Virus record (IMG/VR): IMGVR_UViG_3300046010_015054
Span: 32,001-96,000 of that record
DNA: 64,000 nucleotides
Source of the DNA: a virus
Direction: 5' to 3' (one strand)
The notes below the pieces were generated by a model. It saw only the letters and a program-made list of their open reading frames with translations. It did not search any database and had not been told where the DNA came from. Below, one piece after another: positions 51,525 to 61,330 of this stretch (its first letter is position 1; each line of letters opens with the position of its first letter). Both the position numbers and the translations under genes were made by a program.

Positions 51525-52145
51525 TTAACCTTTATAAAATTTAGTATAATCAAAATTTAAATATAAACCTAAACCTTTTACGCCATATTGTTTTTCAACA
51601 TTACCAGTAGTTCTAGCATTAGTTTTATAAACTTCTTCTTTTACACCGACTAATTGCCAAGGTAAAATAATAGCTAAAACCGATTGATATAAAAATTTAG
51701 TTTCTTTATTAATTAAAGAATTATAATCTCCTTGACTAATTTCAACATATCTTTCACCACTTAAAGTTTTATAAAAATATCTGTTAAATTGAGTATTTTT
51801 ATAATCTTGTTCTGTTGGTTTTGCAAAATAAAATTTTGGATAAATAGGTTGAGGTGTATTTGGATTTTGTTTAGTTACTATTGAGTAAGCGTAGTTTGGT
51901 TCTGTAAATCTAGCATCAATCACTAAATCATTATCAGCATTTGTTTGAGTTGGATCTAATGCAGTTTCACTAATTGGAATTAATGGAACTGAATTTGGGT
52001 CTTGTGGGTTTTTACCTGTAAATTTTTGATCTAAAGAAGTTTCATAGTAATTACCCACATATAATTCTTTTGTTATAGAATTAATAAATTCACCCCCATT
52101 TGTAAAGAGGTTAGTGCGAATTTGGGTTTTAGGATAATAGATCAT
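51525..52145 (-). CDS. putative baseplate/virion protein
   Basis: Last gene of the tail operon; YVGNYY, PTEQDY, RYF, WQLVG motifs. Confidence 0.5.
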   Translation of the reverse strand: MIYYPKTQIRTNLFTNGGEFINSITKELYVGNYYETSLDQKFTGKNPQDPNSVPLIPISETALDPTQTNADNDLVIDARFTEPNYAYSIVTKQNPNTPQPIYPKFYFAKPTEQDYKNTQFNRYFYKTLSGERYVEISQGDYNSLINKETKFLYQSVLAIILPWQLVGVKEEVYKTNARTTGNVEKQYGVKGLGLYLNFDYTKFYKG

Positions 52146-55054
52146 TTTCTAACAAATAATGCTCTTTCAGTAGTTCTTCTTCTTAAAAGACCCGGAAGTA
52201 CTTTTCCTCCTGCTTTACTATATTCTAAAATTTTATTAGCTGCGGCTGGTTTATTACCAGCTACAATTAGATTTTTTAATCCTGAATTTTTAGACCATCC
52301 TGCTCCTAAATTATAAGTAAATGATAAAAGAGCATCCCATTCATTTTGAGTAAAGGTAATCTGTTTACCACCTGTATTTTTAGGTAAAAAATTATTTTTT
52401 ACTGTAAATTGAAATCTTTGAAGGTCTACTCTTAATAAATTAACTGCTTCACTTTCAGTAACAACATCTGTAGAAGTTATAGCTCTACCTGCTCTTCTTG
52501 TTGTACCATAACCAATAGTCCAAACTCCAACAGAATCTTTATAAGCTTTTGATCTAAATCCTTCAAATTGTTTAATTAGATTAATAGCATTATTACTAAA
52601 AGATATATCTTGAACATTTTGTTCATTATTATTTACTTCTTGATAAGTAAATGGGGCAGCTTGTACCTTAGGTAATTCAGTTGCATTACCTGAAGTAGTG
52701 TATAATTGATTTTCTGTGGGTCTGTTTGGTGATTTGGGTACAAATAGAGTTTCTAATTCAGTAGTCCAAGTATTATTATTAACTTTATGTACAATATTTT
52801 TTAAAATATAACTTAAATTATCAGCATATCCTGCAGGTAAGAAATCAGATTGTACTTCAAATTGTTGAAGAATTTTCATACCTGAAATTCCATCAAGGGT
52901 TAAATTTAAATTGATAGGAATAGCAGGTAAAGTAGTACTTATAGCATTATTTTGAAGCGCTTCAATAGCATTATTATACTGAACTAAATTTTTAATTAAG
53001 TTCTTTTGAGTTTCATATACATCTGGATTCCATTTGTAAGTATTATAAGTTTCTATAATGTTTTTATCATAAGCTAAAGCTGCTTCTTCATAATTAGCCA
53101 ATAATTCATTAGCTTCAGGGTTATTTAAAGCATTATTTTTTTCTTTTTCAAATTCACTCAAGGCTTGAACAGATGATATACCTACAACAGGTGAAGGTTC
53201 AGTACTTGGTCCTGATTTTTGGGTGTTAGTGCTACTAGTAAGTTTTTCAGGAAATACTCTATCAATTAAACCTTCATTTAATTTACTAAATGCCGTAGCA
53301 TCCTCAGAGATACTAGCGCCATTAGCTTGAGCCCCAATTGCTACAGTTGACTGTAAATCATTATCTAGTTGAGTTTGAAAAGAGAAATCTCTAACAAAAC
53401 TACCTTCTTCTAAACCAAAATTGCTTTTAACCCCTAAAAGTCTAATAGGAGTATTTTCTACTTTTTTCTTAGTAGTATTTTGAATTAATTTATTTTGATC
53501 TGGGAATGTTCTACGCTCAATTATTTTAATAGTGTTAGTATCAGCATCAATGTATGGTTCTAGTTTATTTATGTAACCAAAAGATTCATTAATGCCATCA
53601 CAAATAGCTTTTAAAAAATCAAAATAATTTACTTTGTTATTATTATCTATTAATTCATCTAATTTACTTAATATAAATTCAAAATTAATATAAACATTCA
53701 TTAATAATCCAATAGGATAACTTAAAACTTCTCTATTAAACCCTACTTCAGCAGATGAATATAATTCTATAGGTACATTAGGATTAAATGTAGAATCTAT
53801 TTTTTTCATTATACAGATTCTTGGATCAGCCGCGAATTGAAGTCTATCTAAATAAAGAAAATTAGTTTGAGTATCAAAATCAAAATCAATATAAGGAGGA
53901 TATTCTGTTTCACTAACAAATTTATAATTTCCCTTATTATTATTAAATATTTGAGAATTCCATTGCAAAAATTTTAAAAAACTTCCTAATCTATAATAAA
54001 ATTGAAAATTATCTTGGTCATCTGAGAATTTAGCTGCATAACAATGTGCTACATTAGGTGTAGGGGTGAATTTTAAATTTAAATTAGGATTAGTTAAATA
54101 AATTCTCCACTGATTTTGTTCAGTATTTTCAGAGATATTAGTATTATTTTGCTTAATTAAAAATAAATGTTTACCTATAGCATGTTTATCTTTATGTCTC
54201 TGAAAGATGTCTACAGGTTGATTAGCATCTGTTCCTGTTGTTTGAGTTGTTGTATTTAAATTGTTAACTTTTAAACTTTCAATTAAATCGCCATAGGAAA
54301 TTAAATCAAGTGTGATATCATAATGTCCATCTTTATTAATAGCCCAACTATAATTTCTTACTCTACCAATCATAGCATCATAATTGGCACTATTAATTTT
54401 TCTTAATTCTAAAATTTTATTATGAACATCAAAATGACTTTTACCTTCTTGAAAAATAGAGTTTTGTAATGTTTTGGATATTTGACTTAAACTAGGATTT
54501 TCTTCATCTGTACCATTTTCCCAGTATAAAGTATTACCCCATTCAACAACAACAGAATATCCTAAACGTAAATAAAGTAAATCTAAAATTTCAAATTGTA
54601 CTTTATTATAAGCTTTTAATTGTATTTGTGCTTCTCTTAATGAACCATCATTTTTGTGTTTAACAATTAATGAAGAAACACCTGGAATTGGGTTAATACC
54701 AAATTCGGTACCACCTAGACCATAAGCAAAATTATTAATTAAAGAAGTATTATTTGTAACTCCAGAAAATATTTGATTAGGAGTAGTCCTAGTATCTGTT
54801 AATCCGGTATCTAATACAAAAGCTTTAGCTAAGTCTGAGCCTTTTAGATTTGCATCTTGTAACCAGCTGTATCTTTTTAGGTTTGTAGTTTGAGTATCGA
54901 TAACATTTACCATACTAGTAACTTTAATAAATCCTGTTTTAGCATTTTGCCAAACAAGATTTTCGTTACTTCTACCAGCTAAACCTAATTTTTGCTGTCT
55001 TTTTTTAATTTGATCGTTAACAAACTCATCAAAACTTTCTCCTATAAGGTTCAT
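52142..55054 (-). CDS. baseplate hub-like tail protein with C-terminal GH24 lysozyme
   Basis: 970 aa; C-term IKQFEGFRSKAYKDSVGVWTIGYGT (E-x8-D-x5-T triad), ALLSFTYNLG, LPGLLRRR; hub-like LTLDGISGM and WTTEL motifs. Confidence 0.8.
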   Translation of the reverse strand: MNLIGESFDEFVNDQIKKRQQKLGLAGRSNENLVWQNAKTGFIKVTSMVNVIDTQTTNLKRYSWLQDANLKGSDLAKAFVLDTGLTDTRTTPNQIFSGVTNNTSLINNFAYGLGGTEFGINPIPGVSSLIVKHKNDGSLREAQIQLKAYNKVQFEILDLLYLRLGYSVVVEWGNTLYWENGTDEENPSLSQISKTLQNSIFQEGKSHFDVHNKILELRKINSANYDAMIGRVRNYSWAINKDGHYDITLDLISYGDLIESLKVNNLNTTTQTTGTDANQPVDIFQRHKDKHAIGKHLFLIKQNNTNISENTEQNQWRIYLTNPNLNLKFTPTPNVAHCYAAKFSDDQDNFQFYYRLGSFLKFLQWNSQIFNNNKGNYKFVSETEYPPYIDFDFDTQTNFLYLDRLQFAADPRICIMKKIDSTFNPNVPIELYSSAEVGFNREVLSYPIGLLMNVYINFEFILSKLDELIDNNNKVNYFDFLKAICDGINESFGYINKLEPYIDADTNTIKIIERRTFPDQNKLIQNTTKKKVENTPIRLLGVKSNFGLEEGSFVRDFSFQTQLDNDLQSTVAIGAQANGASISEDATAFSKLNEGLIDRVFPEKLTSSTNTQKSGPSTEPSPVVGISSVQALSEFEKEKNNALNNPEANELLANYEEAALAYDKNIIETYNTYKWNPDVYETQKNLIKNLVQYNNAIEALQNNAISTTLPAIPINLNLTLDGISGMKILQQFEVQSDFLPAGYADNLSYILKNIVHKVNNNTWTTELETLFVPKSPNRPTENQLYTTSGNATELPKVQAAPFTYQEVNNNEQNVQDISFSNNAINLIKQFEGFRSKAYKDSVGVWTIGYGTTRRAGRAITSTDVVTESEAVNLLRVDLQRFQFTVKNNFLPKNTGGKQITFTQNEWDALLSFTYNLGAGWSKNSGLKNLIVAGNKPAAANKILEYSKAGGKVLPGLLRRRTTERALFVRK

Positions 55055-55356
55055 TGGATCTCATTTAAGGTTTCAAACGCAGAAATAATAGCACTAGGAT
55101 TACTTGGAATTCTAATTTGAATTCCTTCAGGTGGAAACAATGAATTTTTAGGTAACTCAGCATTTGCAGCTGAGATAATCCACCAAAGTGAAGAATCTCC
55201 ATAATATTGTGATGCTAAAGTATCAAATCGATCCCCTTGAGTTGTATAAACATACACATCTGTTTGTTGTAAGGGAATTTCAGGATACAAAGTAGTTTTA
55301 TAATATCTGCTACCTGTATTGTCCTTTAGAATGGGTATATTTCTATATCTGTTCAT
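55051..55356 (-). CDS. LysM-domain baseplate wedge protein
   Basis: GDRFDTLASQYYGDSSLWWIISAAN...IRIP. Confidence 0.85.
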   Translation of the reverse strand: MNRYRNIPILKDNTGSRYYKTTLYPEIPLQQTDVYVYTTQGDRFDTLASQYYGDSSLWWIISAANAELPKNSLFPPEGIQIRIPSNPSAIISAFETLNEIQ

Positions 55357-57374
55357 TAGGGTGCGGTAGTGTAATTATTATTAAATCCGTTTGATAAACT
55401 AATATATCTTTGTAAACCATAACCTTCTACTTTTGTAGGTGCTAATGTAGCATCTTGTTCTGTAGCTAAATTACCAAAATTAAGAATTTGAGTTCTTGGT
55501 AAGAAGCTTTGAATTGGAGTAAATCTAAATCCAGTTACTCTGATTAATTGTGATAATTCTTTAACACCTTCAGCTGCTTGAATCCTATCTTCATCCAAAC
55601 CTGTACCTAAAGTATTAATGCCTATTTCCCAAGTTGCATCTTGGGGCATTTCGTATGTAAATCCTCTTATTATTCCCACTGTCTCATAAAGATAACCACC
55701 AATCGTTAATTGGACAAGGTTACCTCTCATATATCCTGAATTTGAGTAATCTGGAGAGCAAACTGATGCTAGGTAATTTAGTTTTTTATACATTGGAATC
55801 AGTTCAGCACGTGATTGTGCGGCTACTGACCAACCTAATGATATATCACGTGTAAAACCCTGATAGGTGTAGAAGTTTTCACCACGACCTGTGTATTTAA
55901 ATGAATTCCATTCACTTGCATAGTTATCTGAAATACTATCTAAGAATGCTCTAAAGTGAATAAAAGTTTTGTTCTGAGGGTTATTGTTATCAATTACAGC
56001 TATTCTAAATTTAACTAAATCATTGACAGGAAAATCTGGCATGTTATTAGTTGCTACTGAGCTAGCTTTATAAAGTGGCAAAGCTGTAATCTTATCTAAA
56101 GGATTAGGTGAATCGTTATAATTTGCTTTATTTTTAGGAGTACCAGGATTTCCTAAATGTACTCTGGTTTCAATAGCTCCTGTTATATAATCTGGAGCTT
56201 CAGCGAGGTTATTATTATCTTTACCTAAAAGTTTTTTACCTTCAGGAGTTTCAATAATTGTTTTTCTAAAATCTTTTGGAAATTGACCACTTTTATTACC
56301 AATAGGTTCAGCGTTTAATATCTGGAATTGGTTAAAAGTAGTTGTTCCGTTTTGTTGAATAATATTAGTATTAGTTGCTGGAAATGTTCCTCCTTGTTTG
56401 TAAACATTTCTTTCACTTGTTAAAGTACCACCTGCTCCAAAAAGAGTATCATTTAATCTAATTGCAGAGATAAAAGCTGCGGGTAATCCTCCAGAGGCTA
56501 AAGCTGTAGCAGTATTAGCAGCATTAATACGAGCTATTGCTTTATTAACATTTTGTTGATATTCTAAACTTGCTCCTTGTTTATTATACCTAATAGGTTC
56601 GTCATCGTGTAATTTAACAGGTCCTGTTTTACCTAAAGTTAAAATTCCACCCTTAGCATAACTCCCATAAAAGTATGCTTTATCAGCCCCAATAGATCGA
56701 GCTAATGGGTTATTTATACCTGTTCTTTGATCACCAAATTTAATATTAGTTGTACCTACTCCTAAAGGAGCACCAGGACCTCCTCTATATGATAGAATAT
56801 TAGAAGGTAAATCAGCAATGTTATTAGGAACTAAGGAAGATTTACCTGCAAAAGGTAAATTTTCCATTTTAACCTGAAAAAGGTTAATTAATCTGTTATT
56901 ATTAGTAGTTTTTAAACTAAGAGCAGCTCCAGCTTTAGGATTTACAACATCTAAATAAGTTCTAAGAGATAAAGGTGATAAACCAGTTGGATCAATACCT
57001 TGTTTATTTAAATGACCCCCAAACGCAACAATACCTGCTTGAGCTAAAGTAGATAAAGGAGTATAAACTCCCTGATTTAAGATACCACCTGCTTGAGTTC
57101 TAACGTTAGAGTTAGATAATAAATTTTGTTTAGCGATAAATAAAAGACCATTAGGTGATTTTAAATCGAAAAACATTTTTGTTAACCTCTTTATATCTGT
57201 TAAAGAATTTTGAGGTGCTAAGTAACCATTACGCAATAAGAAATCCGGTGATTTAGGTGCTAACCCTACAGGAATTTCTTTCTGTATGTAGGGTTGCCCG
57301 CTATAACCACCACCGGGAGTATCTTTCCCGTACCTAATATCTTTTAGGTTCGTTGTAAGGTTAATTAATGGCAT
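55356..57374 (-). CDS. baseplate/tail-tube initiator-like protein
   Basis: C-terminal FRAFL, YTGRGENFYTYQGFTRDI, LTIGGYL, WE motifs of tube-fold baseplate proteins. Confidence 0.65.
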   Translation of the reverse strand: MPLINLTTNLKDIRYGKDTPGGGYSGQPYIQKEIPVGLAPKSPDFLLRNGYLAPQNSLTDIKRLTKMFFDLKSPNGLLFIAKQNLLSNSNVRTQAGGILNQGVYTPLSTLAQAGIVAFGGHLNKQGIDPTGLSPLSLRTYLDVVNPKAGAALSLKTTNNNRLINLFQVKMENLPFAGKSSLVPNNIADLPSNILSYRGGPGAPLGVGTTNIKFGDQRTGINNPLARSIGADKAYFYGSYAKGGILTLGKTGPVKLHDDEPIRYNKQGASLEYQQNVNKAIARINAANTATALASGGLPAAFISAIRLNDTLFGAGGTLTSERNVYKQGGTFPATNTNIIQQNGTTTFNQFQILNAEPIGNKSGQFPKDFRKTIIETPEGKKLLGKDNNNLAEAPDYITGAIETRVHLGNPGTPKNKANYNDSPNPLDKITALPLYKASSVATNNMPDFPVNDLVKFRIAVIDNNNPQNKTFIHFRAFLDSISDNYASEWNSFKYTGRGENFYTYQGFTRDISLGWSVAAQSRAELIPMYKKLNYLASVCSPDYSNSGYMRGNLVQLTIGGYLYETVGIIRGFTYEMPQDATWEIGINTLGTGLDEDRIQAAEGVKELSQLIRVTGFRFTPIQSFLPRTQILNFGNLATEQDATLAPTKVEGYGLQRYISLSNGFNNNYTTAP

Positions 57375-57377
57375 ATA

Positions 57378-57584
57378 TTATCCTGGAGGATTGTCTAAAT
57401 ACTTAGGTGGGGTTATTCCATTTAAATCCAATTGTGATGGATTAGGAAATCCTGGGAATGGGGGAGTATTGTTGATTGAATACTCATAGTGTAATTTAGA
57501 TTGAGGATTTGCACTACCAATAGTTGGTGGGGTTAATCCTTTCAAACCTAAAGGAGATGAAGGTAAAAGTTTTAGTAGTCCCAT
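57378..57584 (-). CDS. small Pro-rich virion protein
   Basis: PSQLDLNGITPPKYLDNPP; late motif at 57596-57603. Confidence 0.55.
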   Translation of the reverse strand: MGLLKLLPSSPLGLKGLTPPTIGSANPQSKLHYEYSINNTPPFPGFPNPSQLDLNGITPPKYLDNPPG

Positions 57585-57607
57585 AGTTTTTTATTATAAA
57601 TATTGGA

Positions 57608-59677
57608 TTAATTAATTTTTACTGCTGATACTCTTAATGCTTCTCCAACTTTAGTTGAATCCATATAAACATTCGTATCTTTAGCAAGTAGTTGTCCTAG
57701 TAGATTTTTTACAGCAGCCATTTCTTGTACTAAAGGTCCCATATCCATTGAAACTGCACTTGAAACTGCAGCTTGTGATTTTCTTTTTCCTTCTAAATTA
57801 GTACCTGCTATAATAGTATCGTTATCGTTTAATTGAATTGAGCCTTCTGGGGATAGGATTGTTCTTTTACCATATCCAGGCTGTACCATATCATCTGCTA
57901 CTTGTGAGTTAGCACTTGAGATTAATGATAAAAGACCTCCTGCTACACCTGTAGCAGCAGCTAAACCAATACCAAATGGAATTTGAGATAATGAGGTATA
58001 GATACCAGCAATTGCAGTAACTACAGATTTGATAGCTAAAGGTGCCATTGCTGCAGCAACACCTACAATAATTGGAGATAAAGCAGCCATTTTTGAAACT
58101 AAAAATGATACTATATCAAGAATGGGAGCAAATGCTAAACCAATATCTCCAACTACACCCTGGATTTTAGTTAAGGTATTTTGGAAGTTTTCTGCTGCTG
58201 ATTGTGCTTTTAATTGCTCATATGCTTGTTCACCAAATTTTTCTCTTACAGCTTCAGCTCCAATTGTCATAACTTGTTGTTGATAAACCATTTGAGCCAT
58301 CTCTTCTCGAGACATACCCAAAGCTTCAGCAACAGCTTGTTGTTGGAATCGGTTACCTGTAGCAAATGTATCTATAATTTGTTGATTTTTACCAATTTCT
58401 TGGGTTAAACCAACCATATCATTCATTAAAGCTGCTTGTCTGGCTTGTTCAAGATTGATTTCTTGACCTATTAAAAGTTCAGCTTTTAATTCTTTGGTAA
58501 TTGAATCTTCAAAATTTAGAAGTGAACCTGCTATTTTATCAACTTCACCTAAACTTAAACCTAATTGTCTTGCTTCAGTTGCGGCTTCAGCAATAAGGCT
58601 GGGATTCATTCCTAAACTTACTACAATAGATTTAGAAGCAGATGCAATATCATTAAATACTTGTTTTAAAAGTATTCCTGTACCTTTTTGAGCGTTTAAA
58701 CCATCAACTGTCTTACTAACATTATCTAAAACATCTTCAGTGTTTTCACCTTGACTGCGTGCTAATAATGTTAATTGAGCTGCTTCTTTATTACCTAAAC
58801 CTAATCTTTGAGTTAAATTAGTAAAGGTTTCAAGTGTTTGACCACTTGTATTAACAATTGAACCTAATTCTTTTGATAAATCAACAAAAGATTTTGAAAG
58901 TTTAGCAGAATTAATAAAAGCATCACCAGTAGATGCAGCAACAACTTTTAATTCAGCTGAAAGTGCTAAGGATTCTGAGTAGCTTAAGCCTGCTTCTTTT
59001 CTAAATGAAGCCATTTGTGCCGAAGCATCAAACATTCCTTTAATAATAAATCCAATTGCACCCTCTATTAAGTTAGCAGTTGAAAATACATCTTTAAAAT
59101 TACCATTTAAAACCTTAGCAAGAGTACCAGTTTTATCAATAGTATTAGCTTGCTGTTGTAATAAACCTCTTCCTTTTTCAAGAAGAGACATACCTTTTAT
59201 TCTTTCAGTATTTTGCTTTTCTAAATCTTCAAGTTGTAATTCAGCTAATGCTTGTTGTTCTTTTAGTTCTGTAACTAATTCAGCATTTATTTCTACACCT
59301 TGTAATTCTAATGCCTGAATTCTACTTTGAACAGCAGCAATTGTTGCTTGTACTCTAATTTTTTCTTTGTCAAAATCAGCTTGTTTAGCTTGACCTGAAA
59401 TAATTTTTTGCTGTAAAGCTATTTGAGAATCTAAAGAGCCATTAATCTTTTTAAGACCATTAACAATATCTCTTTCGTATGATTTAGCTACACGTTGTCC
59501 TACTGAGCCTAAATTGTCAGTTTTATCAATAGCTTCTTGAATAGCGTCTTGGATGGTGAATCCTAACGAAGTAAAGGCATCTCTCAGAAAGGTTATGTTT
59601 TCACTAAACCTATCTGTGAACTGCTGCTGTGCGTTATTAGCGTCGTTAAACTGCTGTTGAGGATCTCCTTCTGCCAT
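57608..59677 (-). CDS. tail tape measure protein
   Basis: 689 aa, Ala/Gln-rich helical, hydrophobic segments near the C-terminus; follows the tail chaperone. Confidence 0.75.
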   Translation of the reverse strand: MAEGDPQQQFNDANNAQQQFTDRFSENITFLRDAFTSLGFTIQDAIQEAIDKTDNLGSVGQRVAKSYERDIVNGLKKINGSLDSQIALQQKIISGQAKQADFDKEKIRVQATIAAVQSRIQALELQGVEINAELVTELKEQQALAELQLEDLEKQNTERIKGMSLLEKGRGLLQQQANTIDKTGTLAKVLNGNFKDVFSTANLIEGAIGFIIKGMFDASAQMASFRKEAGLSYSESLALSAELKVVAASTGDAFINSAKLSKSFVDLSKELGSIVNTSGQTLETFTNLTQRLGLGNKEAAQLTLLARSQGENTEDVLDNVSKTVDGLNAQKGTGILLKQVFNDIASASKSIVVSLGMNPSLIAEAATEARQLGLSLGEVDKIAGSLLNFEDSITKELKAELLIGQEINLEQARQAALMNDMVGLTQEIGKNQQIIDTFATGNRFQQQAVAEALGMSREEMAQMVYQQQVMTIGAEAVREKFGEQAYEQLKAQSAAENFQNTLTKIQGVVGDIGLAFAPILDIVSFLVSKMAALSPIIVGVAAAMAPLAIKSVVTAIAGIYTSLSQIPFGIGLAAATGVAGGLLSLISSANSQVADDMVQPGYGKRTILSPEGSIQLNDNDTIIAGTNLEGKRKSQAAVSSAVSMDMGPLVQEMAAVKNLLGQLLAKDTNVYMDSTKVGEALRVSAVKIN

Positions 59678-59702
59678 TCAACATTTTATGATAAATATTG
59701 CA

Positions 59703-60002
59703 CTATTTAAAACTTGATTTAGATTTTTGAGGCATTGATTTCATAAATTGAGGAGTATTAACATTTCCTGAAGAATCCATAATATTAGTAGTATTACTAC
59801 CGGTTTTAGATTTATCAATTTCTTCTTTTTGTTTAGTATAATAATCCTGTATTTTATTAAAAGTAAATTTCCTTAGCCATGTAGGCATGTTGTAGATAGT
59901 TTCCCAAGAATACCCCCCATTTCCATGAAAAACAATTTCATGAATTTGAGTAAATAAATTAAATCTTATTTTGGGTGCTGTTTCAGAGGTCAGGCCAAAA
60001 AA
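59703..60002 (-). CDS. C-terminal extension of tail assembly chaperone (frameshift product)
   Basis: Frame open from the T7 run: FFGLTSETAPKIRFNLFTQIHEIVFHGNGGYSWETIYNMPTWLRKF...; no ATG until 59888. Confidence 0.6.
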   Translation of the reverse strand, partial: FFGLTSETAPKIRFNLFTQIHEIVFHGNGGYSWETIYNMPTWLRKFTFNKIQDYYTKQKEEIDKSKTGSNTTNIMDSSGNVNTPQFMKSMPQKSKSSFK

Positions 60003-60705
60003 AGCTAAGAGTAATTGGAATAGCGGCCTCCTGTCCGCTGTCCGTAGTAAATTTCAAATCAACATCGGGTTGAACTCGTGAAATATACTCTCTTAATGCT
60101 CTTGAATCTCTAGCTAATAAATTAGTATCAACAAAATCACGTATAGTTTTAGTATCACTACTACCATTTACAGAAGTAATAATATACTTTAAACGTGTTG
60201 ATAATTCTGGTGATAATTCTCTACCTAATTTTTTAAGACCTTCTAATTCCTGATTAATTTTTAACTCATCTGAATGGGTTAAAATTTTAAAAGTAATAGC
60301 AGTATTAGAAGCTGGTAGGGTAAATTGAAATTCGTTTTTGTATTGAACAATTAATGATTCATCAAAAGGCTTATTTTCTACCTGTGATAAATCAATAGTA
60401 TATTCTTTATTAGCATACTTAAACGTGTAATCAGCACCATAACCTAAAATTCTAGAAGCTACCATTAGTGCATTTTTATCACCAATGACAAGATCGTCAT
60501 AATTCATTTTAGTGACAATTAATGCTTTTAAAAGCTTGTCTAAAACAGTACCATTTTGAATATAAGACTGGTTGGTAAGGATATCTTCTTCCTTAGCAGT
60601 CATATATTTCATTTCAATTTTACCGGATGATAGAGGACTTTCTTCAGGATATAGTAAGCCTTTTGAAGGTAATTCAATAACCTCTGTTGGAAAACTTGTA
60701 TTCAT
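59983..60705 (-). CDS. tail/baseplate assembly chaperone (T4 gp26-like)
   Basis: ELPSKG, MTAKEEDIL, GDKNAL...RILGYG, C-terminal FFWP; lies between tube and tape measure. Confidence 0.75.
   Translation of the reverse strand: MNTSFPTEVIELPSKGLLYPEESPLSSGKIEMKYMTAKEEDILTNQSYIQNGTVLDKLLKALIVTKMNYDDLVIGDKNALMVASRILGYGADYTFKYANKEYTIDLSQVENKPFDESLIVQYKNEFQFTLPASNTAITFKILTHSDELKINQELEGLKKLGRELSPELSTRLKYIITSVNGSSDTKTIRDFVDTNLLARDSRALREYISRVQPDVDLKFTTDSGQEAAIPITLSFFWPDL
59997..60003 (-). other. putative programmed +1/-2 frameshift site (TTT TTT T)
   Basis: T7 run three to four codons before the chaperone stop links frame 0 to the downstream +1 frame. Confidence 0.55.
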
Positions 60706-60744
60706 ATAATTTTAATAACAATTTGCGAGTATACATATTAAAAT

Positions 60745-60773
60745 AAAAAAGAGCTTGACCGAAGCCAAGCTCT
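60745..60773 (-). terminator. rho-independent terminator after tail tube gene
   Basis: AGAGCTTGGC-TTCG-GTCAAGCTCT followed by a T-tract. Confidence 0.85.
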
Positions 60774-60796
60774 CTTTGTAAAGTATGTAAACTTTT

Positions 60797-61285
60797 TTAG
60801 AAGTTTAGTACACAATAATCCATACCTAACACTACAGTCAAGTTGGTAGCAACGTTATCAGTATCCCAGTTGTAGTCACCAAAAGTAGCTGATTTAATAA
60901 ATGCACCTTTGATTACCCATTCTGATACGATATCACCTACAGGGCCTAAGATATCAATTGTTACATCTTTCTTGTAGAAGTCAGAGTAACCATCTCTACC
61001 TGTTACTGATTCGTGGTGTAAACGAGTCCATTCCATTACAGCCTGAGCACCTGAAGGAGTGATTGGGTCAAATAATGTCATTGTGATATCGTTCCATCTT
61101 GTTTTGCCTTTGATTTTGCGATATACGTTGATATGATTAAGAACTGTCTCACTTTGATCGAATCCAACAGCCGAGATTGCTTTAATGATATATGATGGGA
61201 AACCATCTACATACATTATGAATCTGTTAGGAATTTTAGGTTCAAATGCTGTAAAAAATATTTCGTTCGGATCTAATACTGCCAT
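60797..61285 (-). CDS. tail tube protein (T4 gp19-like)
   Basis: NRF, GKTRWNDITMTLFD, EW, YKKD, W-x3-GAF; follows the sheath gene. Confidence 0.88.
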   Translation of the reverse strand: MAVLDPNEIFFTAFEPKIPNRFIMYVDGFPSYIIKAISAVGFDQSETVLNHINVYRKIKGKTRWNDITMTLFDPITPSGAQAVMEWTRLHHESVTGRDGYSDFYKKDVTIDILGPVGDIVSEWVIKGAFIKSATFGDYNWDTDNVATNLTVVLGMDYCVLNF

Positions 61286-61307
61286 TTTATGTATTCTTTA
61301 TTTTATT

Positions 61308-61315
61308 ATAAATAT
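61308..61315 (-). promoter_or_regulatory. putative late promoter ATATTTAT
   Basis: The same motif lies upstream of sheath, chaperone (60731-60738), tape measure (59691-59698) and others. Confidence 0.55.
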
Positions 61316-61330
61316 CAACTTTTTAAGCTT

